A stretch of DNA of 64,000 nt from positions 11,658,001 through 11,722,000 of the forward strand of contig CM052817.1 of assembly GCA_028534125.1 (NCBI GenBank). The letters run 5' to 3'. This stretch comes from Lama glama. Lineage: Eukaryota. Shown here piece by piece: positions 12,545-25,363 of the stretch (its first letter is position 1; every line of letters starts with the position of its first letter). Made by a program: the position numbers and the translations under genes. The notes under the pieces were generated by a model, which searched no databases, was not told the origin of the DNA, and saw only the letters and a program-made list of their open reading frames with translations.

Positions 12545-13010
12545 AGATAGAACAATTACCTCCTAGCCAAGTGACCATCCTGGTGCCACTAATTGTGAGG
12601 ATACCCTGAGGTCATGGGTCTCTTGGTGTGATGCAATAGTTCACAGCATTGCCTAGGAAGTGCTCTTACTAAAAAGTTTAACCTGAATCTAATCAAGTGT
12701 CTGTACCTAACTTCCAGTTTACATGAGATGCAGAGGATAGGAGATCAAGATACATGACATTGTAAGGAAACAGTCCAGAATGTGGGACTTTCTATAAGAC
12801 AACTGGTCTGGACTCTTTAGAAAGTCAATGTCATAATTAAAGGAAAGGGAGAGAGACTTTTTTTTTTAGGTTTTAGGTTGAGAGATCATAGATTAACAAT
12901 TAAACACAAGATATGGGCCTACACAGGGTCCTGAAGTGGAAAATAAAGGAAAACAGGTGTAAAATATATTTTTGAGACAGTTGGTGAAATTTGAATAATT
13001 ACAAATTGAA
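12545..13010 (+). mobile_element. Ancient L1 3' region (L1ME3/L1MC-like)
   Basis: tttaacctgaatctaatcaag...tccagaatgtgggactttctataagacaactggtctggactcttt...aaagtcaatgtcat. Confidence 0.7.
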
Positions 13011-14514
13011 TGTTGAAAAAAATGCTTGACATTCCACCTTCCCATCCCCCTGCCATCCCTCATTTCCCCTACTTCCCCCACTTCTGCTCCTGTATTTTGA
13101 ATCATTTAGTTGGTGTGTGATGGGACCAGGAGATCAGTATCTAGTAAAAATTCCCCAGGTGATTTTAATGATAGCTACAGCCATAAAATAACTCTTGTAC
13201 TTGTGCACCAGGAGACAAGAGATAGTTCATAGCAGCACCACTTGCAATGTCACAAAATGAAAACCACCCACATGCCCATCAACAGTAGAATGGATAAATT
13301 GTGCTGCTTGTAACAAAGGAAAATGATTGGTCTAATGCTTATGAATACCTGATAGTCAACTTCCTGGTCTCCTTGAGTTGAATTTCCAATTTCCATTTTA
13401 ACTTACCTTCTTCTAGCCCAACATTAGTTGTGTATTATAATAAGGACATTCCTAGATGTTGCTTCAGGAGCTGATCTCTACCCTTTATTTCTGCAGATTT
13501 CACTCACTGGTTATCAGCTTCTCTAGGGTGAATTTTGCCATTCTGTTGAGATATATAATTCCCAGCTTCCAGTTTGTGGTTTTTGGAGAACGGGAAGTGG
13601 CTTGCTTCTTTAAAAGCCATTTGCAGTAGTCTGCCCGGAATTTACAATTTTATGACCTATTCCGTCAGTCCATACGATGTTGCCCCATCTGAATTTAGCT
13701 AACTGAGCTAATGCACAATTAGCGTCTCTATCCACTCACACCTTTGCCTCCCTAAGGAGTTGGGAATGACGTCTTCACAGTGTGTACTGGGAAGGAAGAC
13801 ATATCTGGAATGACTTTCTGAGCTGATATTTCCTTTCTCTTCCCTGTAAACTCCCACTTTGCTATTTTTGTTATCATTTTTTAAAGGTTTTGTTATAGCT
13901 GATGGAAATGTTATTATTTAATAAACTTACCAGATTTGCAGTTCCTCGTAAGCACATGTTCCCAGCATTTTAATCTTTGCTATTAACTTAATTAACTGGG
14001 CCACTCCTAGTGAAAGTAACAGTGTTATTTTATTTCTTACTGTTGAGGTGTCTTAATGACTCATCAGCAGGGTATTAATGTTCATTTTCATCCAACAAGA
14101 ACTGATGCACCTTTCACAGTTTATTAATTTTAAGATTCCCTGGATTAAAATCATCTTGTGAGGGTTAGAAGCCTCTTAAAAATTGTAATGCACTTATTTG
14201 GTTTACAATAATTGGAGCCCATGTTTGTTTTGACAAAGGGAGGTATATTAGTCCACGAAGGGATGATGTTGTGTGATTGAGGTAAACACCTTCGTGAACT
14301 TCTAAGATAATTCCAGAAGCTGTCACTAATTACAAATCTAAGATTCAGGTGCGCTTACCTCGATGATCTGTGATAAGAACCTTTATATTTCATATTTAAA
14401 ACATTGCAAGTGATAATATTGTGACCTAAAAGAGCATTAAATGTAGAAACCAAGAGGTCTTCATTTTCCTTTAAGTTTTTCTCAGAGCACAGTGCCGAAA
14501 CTACTGTTAGTGGG

Positions 14515-15110
14515 TGTGGTGGTTAGCTTTTACTTCATGATAAATCATCCTAACATTTAGTGGTTTAAGATGACAATCCTTTCTTTCCTTCACAATTCTG
14601 CGGGTGGCAATTTGGGCTGGGTTGAGTTGGGTGGCTCTTTTGCTGGTCTCAGATGGAACTCACTCACATGTCGTTGGTCAGTTAGCAGGTTGGCTTGGGG
14701 CTGGTTGATCTAGGAGACACCTCAGGTGGGATGGCTGATCTCTGCTCCATTGTCCAGGAGTCTAGCTTGGTCTTCTTTATATGGTGGTGACAAGGGACCC
14801 AAAGTCATCAAGAGAGGGCAAAGTCCAGGGACAAGTGCACTTTTCAGGTCTCAGCTTGCAGATATAAGCCTGGAGTGGCTGAATGTGATTTGCTACCAGG
14901 TTTGTAGAAACTGACAGTTACAGAAACTAACATGGAAGAAAGCAGAGATTTCAATGAAGAGAGACAAAATTATGTTAGATATCTGAATATAGAAATACCT
15001 GAAGCAACTGGAATTTTCAGTGGGTATTGAGGATCTCACCATTTCTTTTTTTGTGTGTTTAGGTCAGTTTGGGTTGAAATTAGCTCCTTTTATAGTCAGT
15101 GTCCTGGCTA
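14515..15110. mobile_element. Old MaLR LTR fragments (MLT1H-like on the minus strand, then a second LTR piece)
   Basis: tttagtggtttaagatgacaa...cacaattctgcgggtggcaatttgggctggg. Confidence 0.65.
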
Positions 15111-15999
15111 GTGCAATGCTTTTTTCCCAGCACCAGAGTGAGAGCTCCTTGAGACCTGGGACTGTCTCTTTATCATCTTGACATCTCAGTCTCTGCTCAG
15201 TTTCTGTCTCCTGTCTCGACTTGAGTGATTTAATGAATTAGTGAATGAGATTAGCAGGCAACCGGTCACATCTTTAATGGCAAACGTAGGATTTGGGACT
15301 TTTGTCATTCTTGGTTTTCTCACATAATTTACTGTGTCCTGGCTCCATGTCAGCAACTGGAAGTATTTTTTTTTTACTTGCTTCCTTAAAATGTCCATTA
15401 GCTTGTTTCACTGTCATTTGATTCTATCTCTTTGTGCTAAGGTACAGGGGAAATGAATTCGCTTTAATTGAGGGTTCCTATTATGAGGATTTGCATTATT
15501 CCTTCTTTCAAACAAACAGAATAGTGCAGAAACTGGTGATTAATGTGATGGGAAGGAGCAAACTTGCTATATGAGTCATTACATTAGATCCACCATGTTT
15601 AATGGGCTGTTATGCTGAGCAGAGAGTAGCAAAGAGCCTGCTGGGGGAAAGACAAGTCAAAAACCTCAGAGACTCATTTTTTTCCCAAACTAACTTACAG
15701 GCAGAAAGTTGTTGCCATTCTCTGAACTACAAATGAAGCAACAACTCTGAGGACTTTTTTCCCCTCCTTTGACCAATGAGTGTGGTATGTAAGTTGACCC
15801 ATGTTGTTCAGGGATGTTCTAAAGTGATATGGTGAAGGTAGTGATGGTCAAACATTGTGACCAGTTAAACTCAGTACTGTGTTAACACCTGCTTTCATGC
15901 CTAGGCAATGGGAAAGTGACAGAGACCCAGTTTATAAAGTTATAATGAAAACCCACTGGGCTTGTTAAAAGGTTTGCTTTTAGGGGAGAAACATGCTAA

Positions 16000-16250
16000 T
16001 TAAAGTATAAAAGCATTGGACTGGAAGTCGGAAATCTTGGTTCTAGTTTTTGCTCAGCTTCTGTTTGGATGAACTACCTCGGGCAAGATAGTTAACATAT
16101 TGAGCCTTAGTCTTCTCATCTACCTAAAAGGCTTAGTAATTTCTATTTCACAAAATGGTGGTGAGTATTGATAAAGGTTTGTGAAATGCAAGCAATGGAA
16201 AATTTAAGGAAATTTGGTTATTGAGTAGTAGTAGTATTGATAATAATGCT
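16000..16250 (+). mobile_element. MIR SINE
   Basis: aaagcattggactggaagtcggaaatcttggttctagt...gagccttagtcttctcatct. Confidence 0.8.
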
Positions 16251-16339
16251 GCAGCTACCCTGAGATGCCTAGAATTATGAATTTATGATCTCAGACATTT
16301 TCCAGGAATATAAATGAAATTTCCCTCCACTCCCATCCT

Positions 16340-16680
16340 TGGCACTCCTATTACATTCTTCACACTGAAACCAGAGTGATCTAAAAAAATATAAATCTGA
16401 TGATAATCACTCCCAATGCTTGGTGGCCTCCAGTTGATTCCCATTGCTGTTAAGACTGGAGCCAAGATTCTCAACATGACTAACAAGACTCTGTACCATC
16501 TGGCCCATTTTTACATCCACCCTTTCTTCTCACAAAATCTTTTCTTTTGCTGTCTAGGTTCTACCTACATTGCCCTTTTTAAGGAGCTCATTGCTCCATA
16601 CTCTTTATCTCAGAGCCATTGCACATGCTATTCCTTTGCCCTAGAACACTTTTCCCTCTCTGCGTCTTAACTCTCACCTC
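16340..16680 (+). mobile_element. L2 LINE fragment
   Basis: ccagagtgatctaaaaaaatataaatctgatgataatcactccc...ttgcacatgctattcctttgccctagaacact. Confidence 0.75.
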
Positions 16681-16681
16681 A

Positions 16682-16940
16682 TGTGGTAAGCTGAATAACG
16701 ACCTCTCCCTCCCCCTAAGTATGTCCACATCCTAAATTCTAGAAGCTATGCTATCTTATATGGTAAATGGGACTTTATAAATGTGATTAAAGATCTTGAG
16801 ATGGAGGAGAGTATTCTGGATTATCCAGGGAGAATCCAGTGTAATCACAAGAATCGTTATACAAGTGAAGGTGAAGAGAAGAGGGCGAACTATAGTAGTA
16901 GGAGATGTGACTATGGAGACAAGAGGTTGGAGTGACTGTG
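16682..16940 (+). mobile_element. MLT1D-like LTR, 5' part
   Basis: tgtggtaagctgaataacg...atgtccacatcctaa...gatcttgagatgg...ctggattatccaggg. Confidence 0.8.
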
Positions 16941-16999
16941 AACAATTGCCATAGCATGAAGTTGGTCTGCCAGTGGAGCAGATGGGGAGGGCATTGGGG

Positions 17000-17550
17000 C
17001 CGTTCTTGAGAGTGCAGTCAATGGAGGCTTCTTACGGAAAGGGCTCAAGTGGAGCTCTGATGTTTGGCTAAAGAGGTAGGGACAGAGAATGTTCAAAGTA
17101 GTAGGGACAGCATGGACATACACTCCTCAAGCAAAAACTGTGAAGAGCACAGAATGCTGTTGCATGCAGATGGTGGCTGAAGTTGGAGAAGGAATCAAGG
17201 GCCTTAAGAGCAGTTTAATGATTTAAGCCAATAAGGGCCTATGGAACGATTTTAAGTGGGGAGAGAAATGATGAGATTTGAATTGTAGGGGGAAAGTGGG
17301 AGAAAGAGAGAAAGTGGCTGTTTCCATATTTGGCAATGGGAAGACTTTGGTCTAACAAGGGGAGTGGTGATGAGAATGAAGGCAAAATAACAGGTCCGAG
17401 CGATATTTAGGAGGTAGCCTCTATAGGACTTTGACTGATAAGATGTAGGGAGGGAGGGAGCCAGTGATTCCTCCTAGATTGTTAACTTGGAGAACTGAAG
17501 AGATAGGTGGTGATGCTATTTATTGAATTAAGGAACAGGGGAGGAGGAAT
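17000..17550 (-). mobile_element. L2 LINE fragments
   Basis: Purine-rich antisense L2 text, e.g. gatatttaggaggtag...ataggactttgactgat. Confidence 0.6.
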
Positions 17551-17739
17551 GCACTAAAAAGAACAGTTATCTACTCAAAATGTCTGCGGCAAATAGGTAC
17601 TTGGTTAAGAGGCTCTGAGTTCAGCTTTAAGATAGACTAGCTGACCTGGATGGGAGTTGGTAGAAGGGATTCTTGATTGTGGATATGGTCTAGAGGAGTT
17701 ACATTCAGAGGATGGGCCACATCTGAGAAGGTTAAACAA

Positions 17740-18540
17740 AATCAGGATAATTATATCATACATGCAAGTTCCCAAATTTAGCTGCAGATAGGATCAAGGA
17801 GATATAATTTCCTTGTACACATGAAACATAAATATTTTAACTGACCACAAACCCTATAGCATTATGTAGTTTCTAAAAAGATAACATGACCGTTGGTAGC
17901 AATATTGGACACATAACATTGAAAATGAAAAAAAGATGTTTCTACTCTACCCTGAGCTACTCAGTCCACTTCTGGGCTATTGTATTCAGTTTTTTTTTAA
18001 CATTTTTTATTGATTTATAATCATTTTACAATGTTGTGTCAAATTCCAGTGTTCAGCACAATTTTTGTATTCAGTTTTTGATGCCACAAATTAACAATAA
18101 CGTAGATAATCTTGAGACTATACACAGGGAGTATCAAGGATAGTGAAGCAATTTGAAGCCATTGATAAAGAGATATTTATCAAGGAATTGGGATGTTTGA
18201 TAACAAGAGAGACTTTGTGTTTGTAGAGGTATTATGAAAGATGCATAATTATACAAAGTCTTCTTATTCTATAGTATACCAAGAGGTAGAAGCGGAATTA
18301 ATGAAAGAAGTTGAGGAAGTCCAGGGATTGAGAAACTTTGGGTTGAATAAATTTGTGTGGAAGTTTTGCAATAAGTATTGGATAGAGTGGCAGAGTTCCA
18401 CTGCACATAAAGGAAGACCACTACTAAATTAATTGTAATTAGTTTTCCAAAGGTGAAAGAAGTTGCCTCAATTCAATACCCCTAGAAGTTCTTAAGTGGA
18501 AGTTTATATTCAGTATCCAAAGGATCACTGGACTAAATGA
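17740..18540 (+). mobile_element. CR1/L3 LINE 3' fragment
   Basis: ctactctaccctgagctactcagtccacttctgggctattgtattcagtttttgatgccaca...aaggaattgggatgttt is typical CR1/L3 RT C-terminal text. Confidence 0.7.
17995..18064 (-). mobile_element. Extremely 5'-truncated young L1 tail with a perfect 15-bp TSD
   Basis: ttgtattcagttttt at 17980-17994 and 18065-18079; insert shares tttacaatgttgtgtcaa.ttccagtgt..agcacaattttt with the L1 3' end near 24825. Confidence 0.9.
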
Positions 18541-21338
18541 ATTCATGTCTCTTTCATACCTGAAGGCCACTAGTTACATTGAGGATGAGGGTCTGGGAGT
18601 ACTAGGCTGCTCAGGCAGGGGTTTTTCAGGACTAGGGCAGGGGTAAGGGAATAGCAATGGCTGCCAGCTCCACGCATTCACAGCTCTTGTCTCTCTGTCT
18701 TTACTAGGAGCCAAAGGGGACTGGGGGACAGAGTGTCCATAAGTGTCTCTGCTTGCCATCTGTAGTTGGACTGAGTGAGCTGTGACCATGTGCTGAATAG
18801 TTACATGGGGGGAAGGAAGATAGAGCTGTGCAGCCTGGCATAGACTCGTCCTGGGGATGATCTTGATTGATCCCTTGCATCATTTAAAAAAATGCAGTAT
18901 CCTGGAATCTTAATGATGAAAAGTACCTTACAGGTCAGAATCCTAGGTGACTTCTCATTCAGACTCTGCTGGGAATGACAGTGGCTTCTCAGAAGTAGGA
19001 GTTCCTGAAAAGACTCAATATGACTGAAGAGTCTTGAATTTATTATGTTTTGGATAAAATTTAAATATGTACACAATTATTTTCAAGTCAGTCAGAAATT
19101 GCCCCACTGTTCATGTTTTGCAGAATATATGACACATATATAGACACAGTCCCCATATGCCTAGCAATACAAAACATTTGCATCTTTAAATGTATTTGCC
19201 TGATTTATATGAACTTTTCCTTGGTTTTTGGCAGCCCCCTAAAATAATGTTTTACTAGGAGAAGCTTGGGAGCATATGTAGCGATTTTTCTCTTCTCTGG
19301 ACCCTGGAAACAATGCATTGTTCCATAAAAGACAGAATTGAGTTTATTATCTGTTGCTGAAGAGATCAGCCATTTATTTCCGAGAGCTGCCATGGTGACA
19401 TATTTTCTCTCATTTATACTGGAAAGTGGAGCATTTGCTTGTAAGACAGATAGAAAACAACTTATCTGGCATTTTGAAAAAGGTGGAAAAGGAACCAAGC
19501 TTCCTCCCTCTCTCCCTTTCCTTCACCCTCCATTCTTCCTGCTTTTTGACAGTTTGTATGTAGGTAAAGAATATTACAGCATCAGGGAAGCTAATTAAAA
19601 CCAATTATAGTCTGACTGACCTGTCACTACAATCAAGTTACCAAAAGAAGAGTGGAGCATATTTGGAAAACAGTATTTTCTAGAGTACATATGCCTGATT
19701 TGGTCACATTTTATTTTAGGGATCTCAGTACAATAATCACTTAGCTGCAACCTCACTTATATGCCCCTCATCTCTCAATGTGTTTATTTTTCTAGAATAG
19801 GGTCCTGCTCTTAGAAAAATCTAAAAGGAAGCAAGGAAGGCATAAAGAAATGGGGAGGTAAGATAGGGAAGTGAAAGATACCTTAGATTAATTGGTATTG
19901 CATAGATTTTTATGGGGCCGACCTTTCATTCTTATTCTTTTTATCATGTAATTTGGAGAGTCTTCTAACTCTTTAGCATGACATAAAGAGCCCTGTTGTC
20001 TCATTGGAACATATTTCTTCAGCTTTATTTCTCAATATCACACAGTTCTCTTCAGTCATACCAATATTATTATCTCTATACTGGTTTATAAAAATTCTCC
20101 AGACCAACTGGTATGGCTCTTTACCCCTCATTCTTCTTGGTTGCTGCATAATATTCCATGATGTGAATGTACCATGATTTATTCAATTATTCCATTATTA
20201 ATGAGTATTATTTTTTCCTTTCTGATTTGAATGCCTTTTTTTTCTTTTTCTAACATTATTGCTAATGGCTAGGAATTACAGTACTTTGATGAAAAAAACA
20301 GTGGTGAGAGTGGACATCCTTGTCTTATTCCTGAACTTAAAGGAAAAGCTTTCAGCTTTTCACCATTGAGTATGATGTTAGCTGTGGGTTTGTCATATAA
20401 GGCCTGTATTATGTTGAGGTATGTTCCCTCTATACATACTACTTAGTTGAGAGTTTTTATCATGAATGGATGTTGAATTTTGTCAAATTTTTCTCTGCAT
20501 TTGTTGAGATGTTCATAAGATTTTTATTCTTTGTTTTGATAATGTGGTATTTTATGTTGATTGATTTGTAGGCATTTCACCATCTTGGCATCCCTGGAAT
20601 AAATCCTGTTTGATCATGGTCTATTTAATGTATTGTTGAGATTGGTTTGCTAATATTATGTTGAGGATTTTTGCATCTGTGTTCATCAGTGATATTGCCC
20701 TGTAATTTTCTTTTTTTGTAGTGTCTTTATCCAGTTTTGGTATCACGGTAATGGCTTTGTAGAATGAGTTTGGGGGCATTCCTTCTTCAATTTTTTGGGA
20801 ATAGTTTGAGAGGGATAGGTATTAACTTTTCTTTAAATGGTTGATTTAATTCTCCTGTGAAGTCATCTGGTCCTGGACTTCTGTATGTTGGGAGTTTTTT
20901 TGATTACTGATTCAATTTTATTACTAGTAATCAATCTGTTCAGATGTTCTGTTTCTTCCAGATTCAGTCTTGGGACATTGTACTTTTTGAAGAATTTGTA
21001 CATTTTTTTCTAAGTTGTCCAGTATATTGACATATAATTGTTTGTATAATCTCTTATGATCCTTTGTATTTCTGTGGTGTCATTTGTAACTTTTATTTCT
21101 GGTTGTATTTATTTGACCCTCTCTTTTTCTTGACGGATCTGGCTAAAGGTTGATCATTTTTTTTTTTATATTTTCAAGGAACCAGTTCTCAGTTTCATCA
21201 ATCTTTTTTATTGTCTTTTAGTCTTTATTTCATTTATTTCCACTCTGCTATTATTTTTTCATTCCACTGACTTTGGGCTTTGTTAGTTCTTTTTTTAGGT
21301 TTTTTTTTTTTAAAGGTTTGATTGTTTATTTGAGGTTT

Positions 21339-21345
21339 TGTGTGT

Positions 21346-21385
<40 letters not shown>
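21339..21385. repeat. (TG)n microsatellite, two interruptions
   Basis: Direct reading. Confidence 0.95.
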
Positions 21386-21895
21386 TTCCCTGAGGTAGAT
21401 CTGTATCACTATAAACTTCCTACTTAGAAATTCTTTTTCTGTGACCCTTGATTTTGGAACATTATGTTTCCATTTTAATTTGTTTCAATACTTTCAAAAT
21501 TTTCTCTTTGCTTTCTTTGTTGACTCATTGGTTGGTTAGTAGCATGTTGTTTAGCTAACTTATGTTTATTTATTTATTTATTTCACAATTTTTTACCCCC
21601 TTGTAGTTGATTTCTAGTCTCATAGCATTGTGGTCAGAGAAGATGCCTAACTTGATTTTATTGAGACTTGGTTTTTGGCCTAATGTGTGATCTATCCTAG
21701 ACAATGTTCCATGTGCATTTGAAGAAAATTTGTCTTCTACTTTTTTGGCATGGACTGTTCTGTAAATATCCATTATGTTTATGTGATCTAATATGTTGTT
21801 TAAGGCCAGTGTTCCCTTATTAATTTTCTGTCCATTGATGTAAGTGGGGTGTTAAAGTCCCCTACAATTACTGTATTACTGTCAGTATCTCCCTG

Positions 21896-24710
21896 CATAT
21901 ATGCATTTTCATATTCTTTTCCATTGAAAGTTATTATAAGATATTGAGTATAGTTCCCTGTGCTGTACAGAAGAAGTGTTTTATCTGTTTTTTTATGTAG
22001 TGGTTAACATTTGCAAATCTCAAACTCCCAAATTTATCCCTTCCCATCCCTTTTCCTCTGGTAACCATAAGATTGTTTACTATCTCTGCAAGTCTGTTTC
22101 TTTTTTGTAGATGAGTTCATTAGTGTCCTCTTTTTTCTTTTTCTTTTTTTTTTAGATTTCACATCTGAGTGATATTATATGGTATTTTTCTTTCTTTTTC
22201 TGGCTTACTTCACTTAAAATCATGATCTCCAGGTCCTTCCATGTTGCTGCAAATGACATTATTTTATTCTTTTTTATGGCTGAGTAGTATTCCATTGTAT
22301 AAATATACCACATCTTCTTTATCCAGTCATCTGTCGATGGACATTGAGGTTGTTTCCATGGCTTGGCTATTGTAAATAGTGCTGCTTTGAACATTAAGGT
22401 GCATGTATCTTTTTGAATTAGAGTTCCCTCTGAATATATACCCAGGAGTGGGATTGGTAGATCATATGGTAAGTCTATTTTTAGTTTTTTGAGGAATCTC
22501 CATACTGTTTTGTATAATGGCTGCACCAAACTGCATTCCCACCAGCAGTGTAGGATGGTTCCCTTTTCTCCACAGCCTCTCCAGCATTTATCATTTGTGG
22601 ACTTTTGAATGATGGCCTTTCTGACTGGTGTGAGGTGGTACCTCACTGTAGTTTTGATTTGCTTTTCTTTGATAATTAGTGACATTGAGCATTTTTTTTC
22701 ATATGCCTATTGGCTATTTTTATGTCTTCATCGGAGAATTGCTTGTTCAGGTCTTCTGCCTGTATTTAGATTGGGTTGTTTGGTTTTTTTGTTGTTAAGT
22801 TGTATGACCTGTTTATATATTCTGGGAATTAAACCTTTGTCAGTCACATCATTTGCGCATATTTTGTCCCATTCCATAGATTGTTGTTTTGTTTTGCTTA
22901 TGGTTTCTTTTGCTTTGCAAAAGCTTGTAAGTTTAATTAGGTCCCATTTGTTTATTTTTGATTTTATTTCTATTGCCTGGGTAGACTGCCCTAGGAAAAC
23001 ATTGCTAAGATTATGTCAGAGAAGGTTTTGCCTATGTTCTCTTCTAGAAAGTTTATAGTGTCTTGTCTTATATTTAAGTCTTTAAGCCATTTGAGTTTAT
23101 TTTTGTGTATGGTGTGAGGGAGTGTTCTAATTTCATTGGTTTATATACTATTATCCAGTTTTGCCAACACCACTTGCTGAAGAGACTGTCTTTTCTCCAT
23201 TCTTTTCTCCAAGAATATACTCCAAGGTATATTCTTGCCTCCTTTGTCAAAGATTAATTGACTGTAGGTCTGTAGGTTTATTTCTAGGCCCTCTATTCTG
23301 TTCTGTTGATCCATATGTCTGTTTTTGTACCAATACCACACTGTTTTGATTACTGTAGCTGTGCAGTATTGTTTGAAGTTTGGGAGGGTTATTCCTCCAG
23401 TTTTATTCTTTTTCTTTAGTATTGCTTTGGCAATTCTGGGTGTTTTGTGATTCCATATAAATTTTAGTATTATTTGTTCTCTTTCTGTGAAAAATGTCAG
23501 GAGTAATTTGATAGGGATCGCATAAAATCTGTAGATTATCTTGTGCAGTATGGCCATTTTAACAATATTGATTCTTCTAATCCAAGAGCATAAGATATCT
23601 TTCCATTTCTTTAAGTCATCTTGAATTTCCTTCACCAGTGTTTTGTAGTTCTCCATGTATAAGTCTTTCACCTCCTTGGTCAGATTTAATCCTAAGTATT
23701 TTATTGTTTTGGATGTGATTTTAAAAGGGACTGTTTCTTTTTTGGGGTGGGGGAGTAGGTAATTAGGTTTACTTATTTATTTTATTGATGGAGGTACTGG
23801 GGACTGAACCCAGGACCTTCTGTGTGCTAGGCATATACTCTACTGCTAAGCTGTACCCTCCCTCCTCTAAAAGGGATTGTTTCTTTACTTTCTTTTTCTA
23901 ATATTTCATTGTTAGTGTAAAGAAATGCAACTGATTTCGGTATTTTAATCTTGTATCCTGCTACCTTGCCAAATTATTTTTCAGCTTTAGTAGCTTTTGT
24001 GTGGGTTTTCTATATATAGCATCATGTCATCCATATATAGTGACAATTTTACTTCTTTTCCAATTTGGATCCCTTTTATTGCTTTTTCTTGCCTGATTAA
24101 TGTGGCTAGGACTTCCAATACTATGTTGAATAGAAGTAATGAGAATTGGTATTCTTGTCTTGTTACAGATTTTAGTGGGAAGGTGTTCAACTTTTCATCA
24201 TTGAGTATTATGCAGGCTGTGGGTTTGTCATAAATTGTTTTTATTATGTTCAGGTATGTTCCCTGGATACCCACTTTGGTAAGAGTTTTTATCATAAATG
24301 GGTGTTGAATTTTATTAAATGCTTTTTCCGAATGTATTCAGATAATCATGTGATTTTTGTCCTTTCTTTTGTTGATATGGTGTATCACATTGACTGATTT
24401 GCATATGTTGAACCATCCTTGTGTCCCTGGAATGAATCCAACTTGATCATGGTATATGATCTTTTTTTATCTGTTTTTGGATTCTGTTTGCTAATATTTT
24501 GTAGAGGATTTTTGCATCTGTTCATCAATGGTTTTGGCCTCTAATTACCTTTTTTGATAGTGTCTTTGTCTGGTTTTGGTATCAGGGTGATGGTGGTTTT
24601 ATAGAATGAGTTTGGGAGTATTCCCTCCTTTTCAGTCTTTTGCAAGAGTTTGAGAAGGATTGGTATGAATTCTTTGTATGTTTGGTAGAATCCCAGTGAA
24701 GCCATCTGGT
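21896..24710 (-). mobile_element. Younger 5'-truncated L1 (ORF2 RT to 3' UTR) nested in the older L1
   Basis: ORF2 peptides at 22152-22685 ([18 protein letters not shown]...[16 protein letters not shown]), 23141-23671 and 23987-24295 (LYMDDM); its RT region is also present in the host at about 20290-20880. Confidence 0.9.
23741..23867 (-). mobile_element. tRNA-derived camelid SINE (Vic-1-like)
   Basis: Minus strand gggtacagcttagcagtagag (A-box-like)...gggttcagtcccc (B-box-like), A-rich tail; 19-bp TSD taaaaggga(c/t)tgtttcttt at 23722-23740 and 23868-23886. Confidence 0.9.
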
Positions 24711-24794
24711 AAAGATCTTGTTTATCCATTCAGCCATCTTGTATCTTTTGATTGGAATATTTAATCCACTTACTTTTAAAGTAATTATAATTAT

Positions 24795-25100
24795 TTTTTC
24801 TTTTTTTTATTGAGTTATAGTCAGTTTACAATGTTGTGTCAATTTCCAGTGTAGAGCACAATTTTTCAGTTATACATGAACATACGTATATTCATTGTCA
24901 CATTCTTTTTCACTTTGAGCTACCATGAGATCTTGTATATATTTCCCTATGCTATACAGTATAATCTTGTTTATCTATTCTGTATATGCCTGTCAGTATC
25001 TACAGATTTCAAACTCCCCGTCTGTCCCTTCCCACCCCACTTTCCCCTGGCACCCACAAGTTTGTATTCTATGTCTATGAGTCTGTTTCTGTTTTGTATT
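24795..25100 (-). mobile_element. Short camelid-type L1 3' end nested in the older L1
   Basis: PolyT then tttattgagttatagtcagtttacaatgttgtgtcaatttccagtgtagagcacaatttttcag; host text aaagtaattat|tgataggt resumes afterwards. Confidence 0.85.
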
Positions 25101-25189
25101 TATTGATAGGTACATACTTATTGCCATTTTGTGAATTGCTTTCTCATTTTTTTTTATTCTTTCTTTTCTTGTTCTCTTTCCCTATCATT

Positions 25190-25363
25190 AAAAAAATTGT
25201 TTTTTTGTTTTTTTTCTTTGGAGGGGGTAGGTAATTAGGTTGGTTTATTTTATTTTGTTTGTTTGTTTGTTTATTTATTTACTGGAGGTACTGTAGATTG
25301 AACCCAGGACCTTATGCATGCTAACTAAGCATGTGCTCTACCACTGAGCTATATCCTTCCTCC
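25190..25363 (-). mobile_element. tRNA-derived camelid SINE (Vic-1-like)
   Basis: Minus strand ggatatagctcagtggtagagcacatgcttag...gtcctgggttcaatc; 17-bp TSD with 2 mismatches at 25173-25189 and 25364-25380. Confidence 0.9.

Noticed and set aside
23741..23867. tRNA gene
   Set aside because: It has a tRNA-unrelated 3' part, an A-rich tail and a TSD, so it is a SINE; the same applies to 25190-25363
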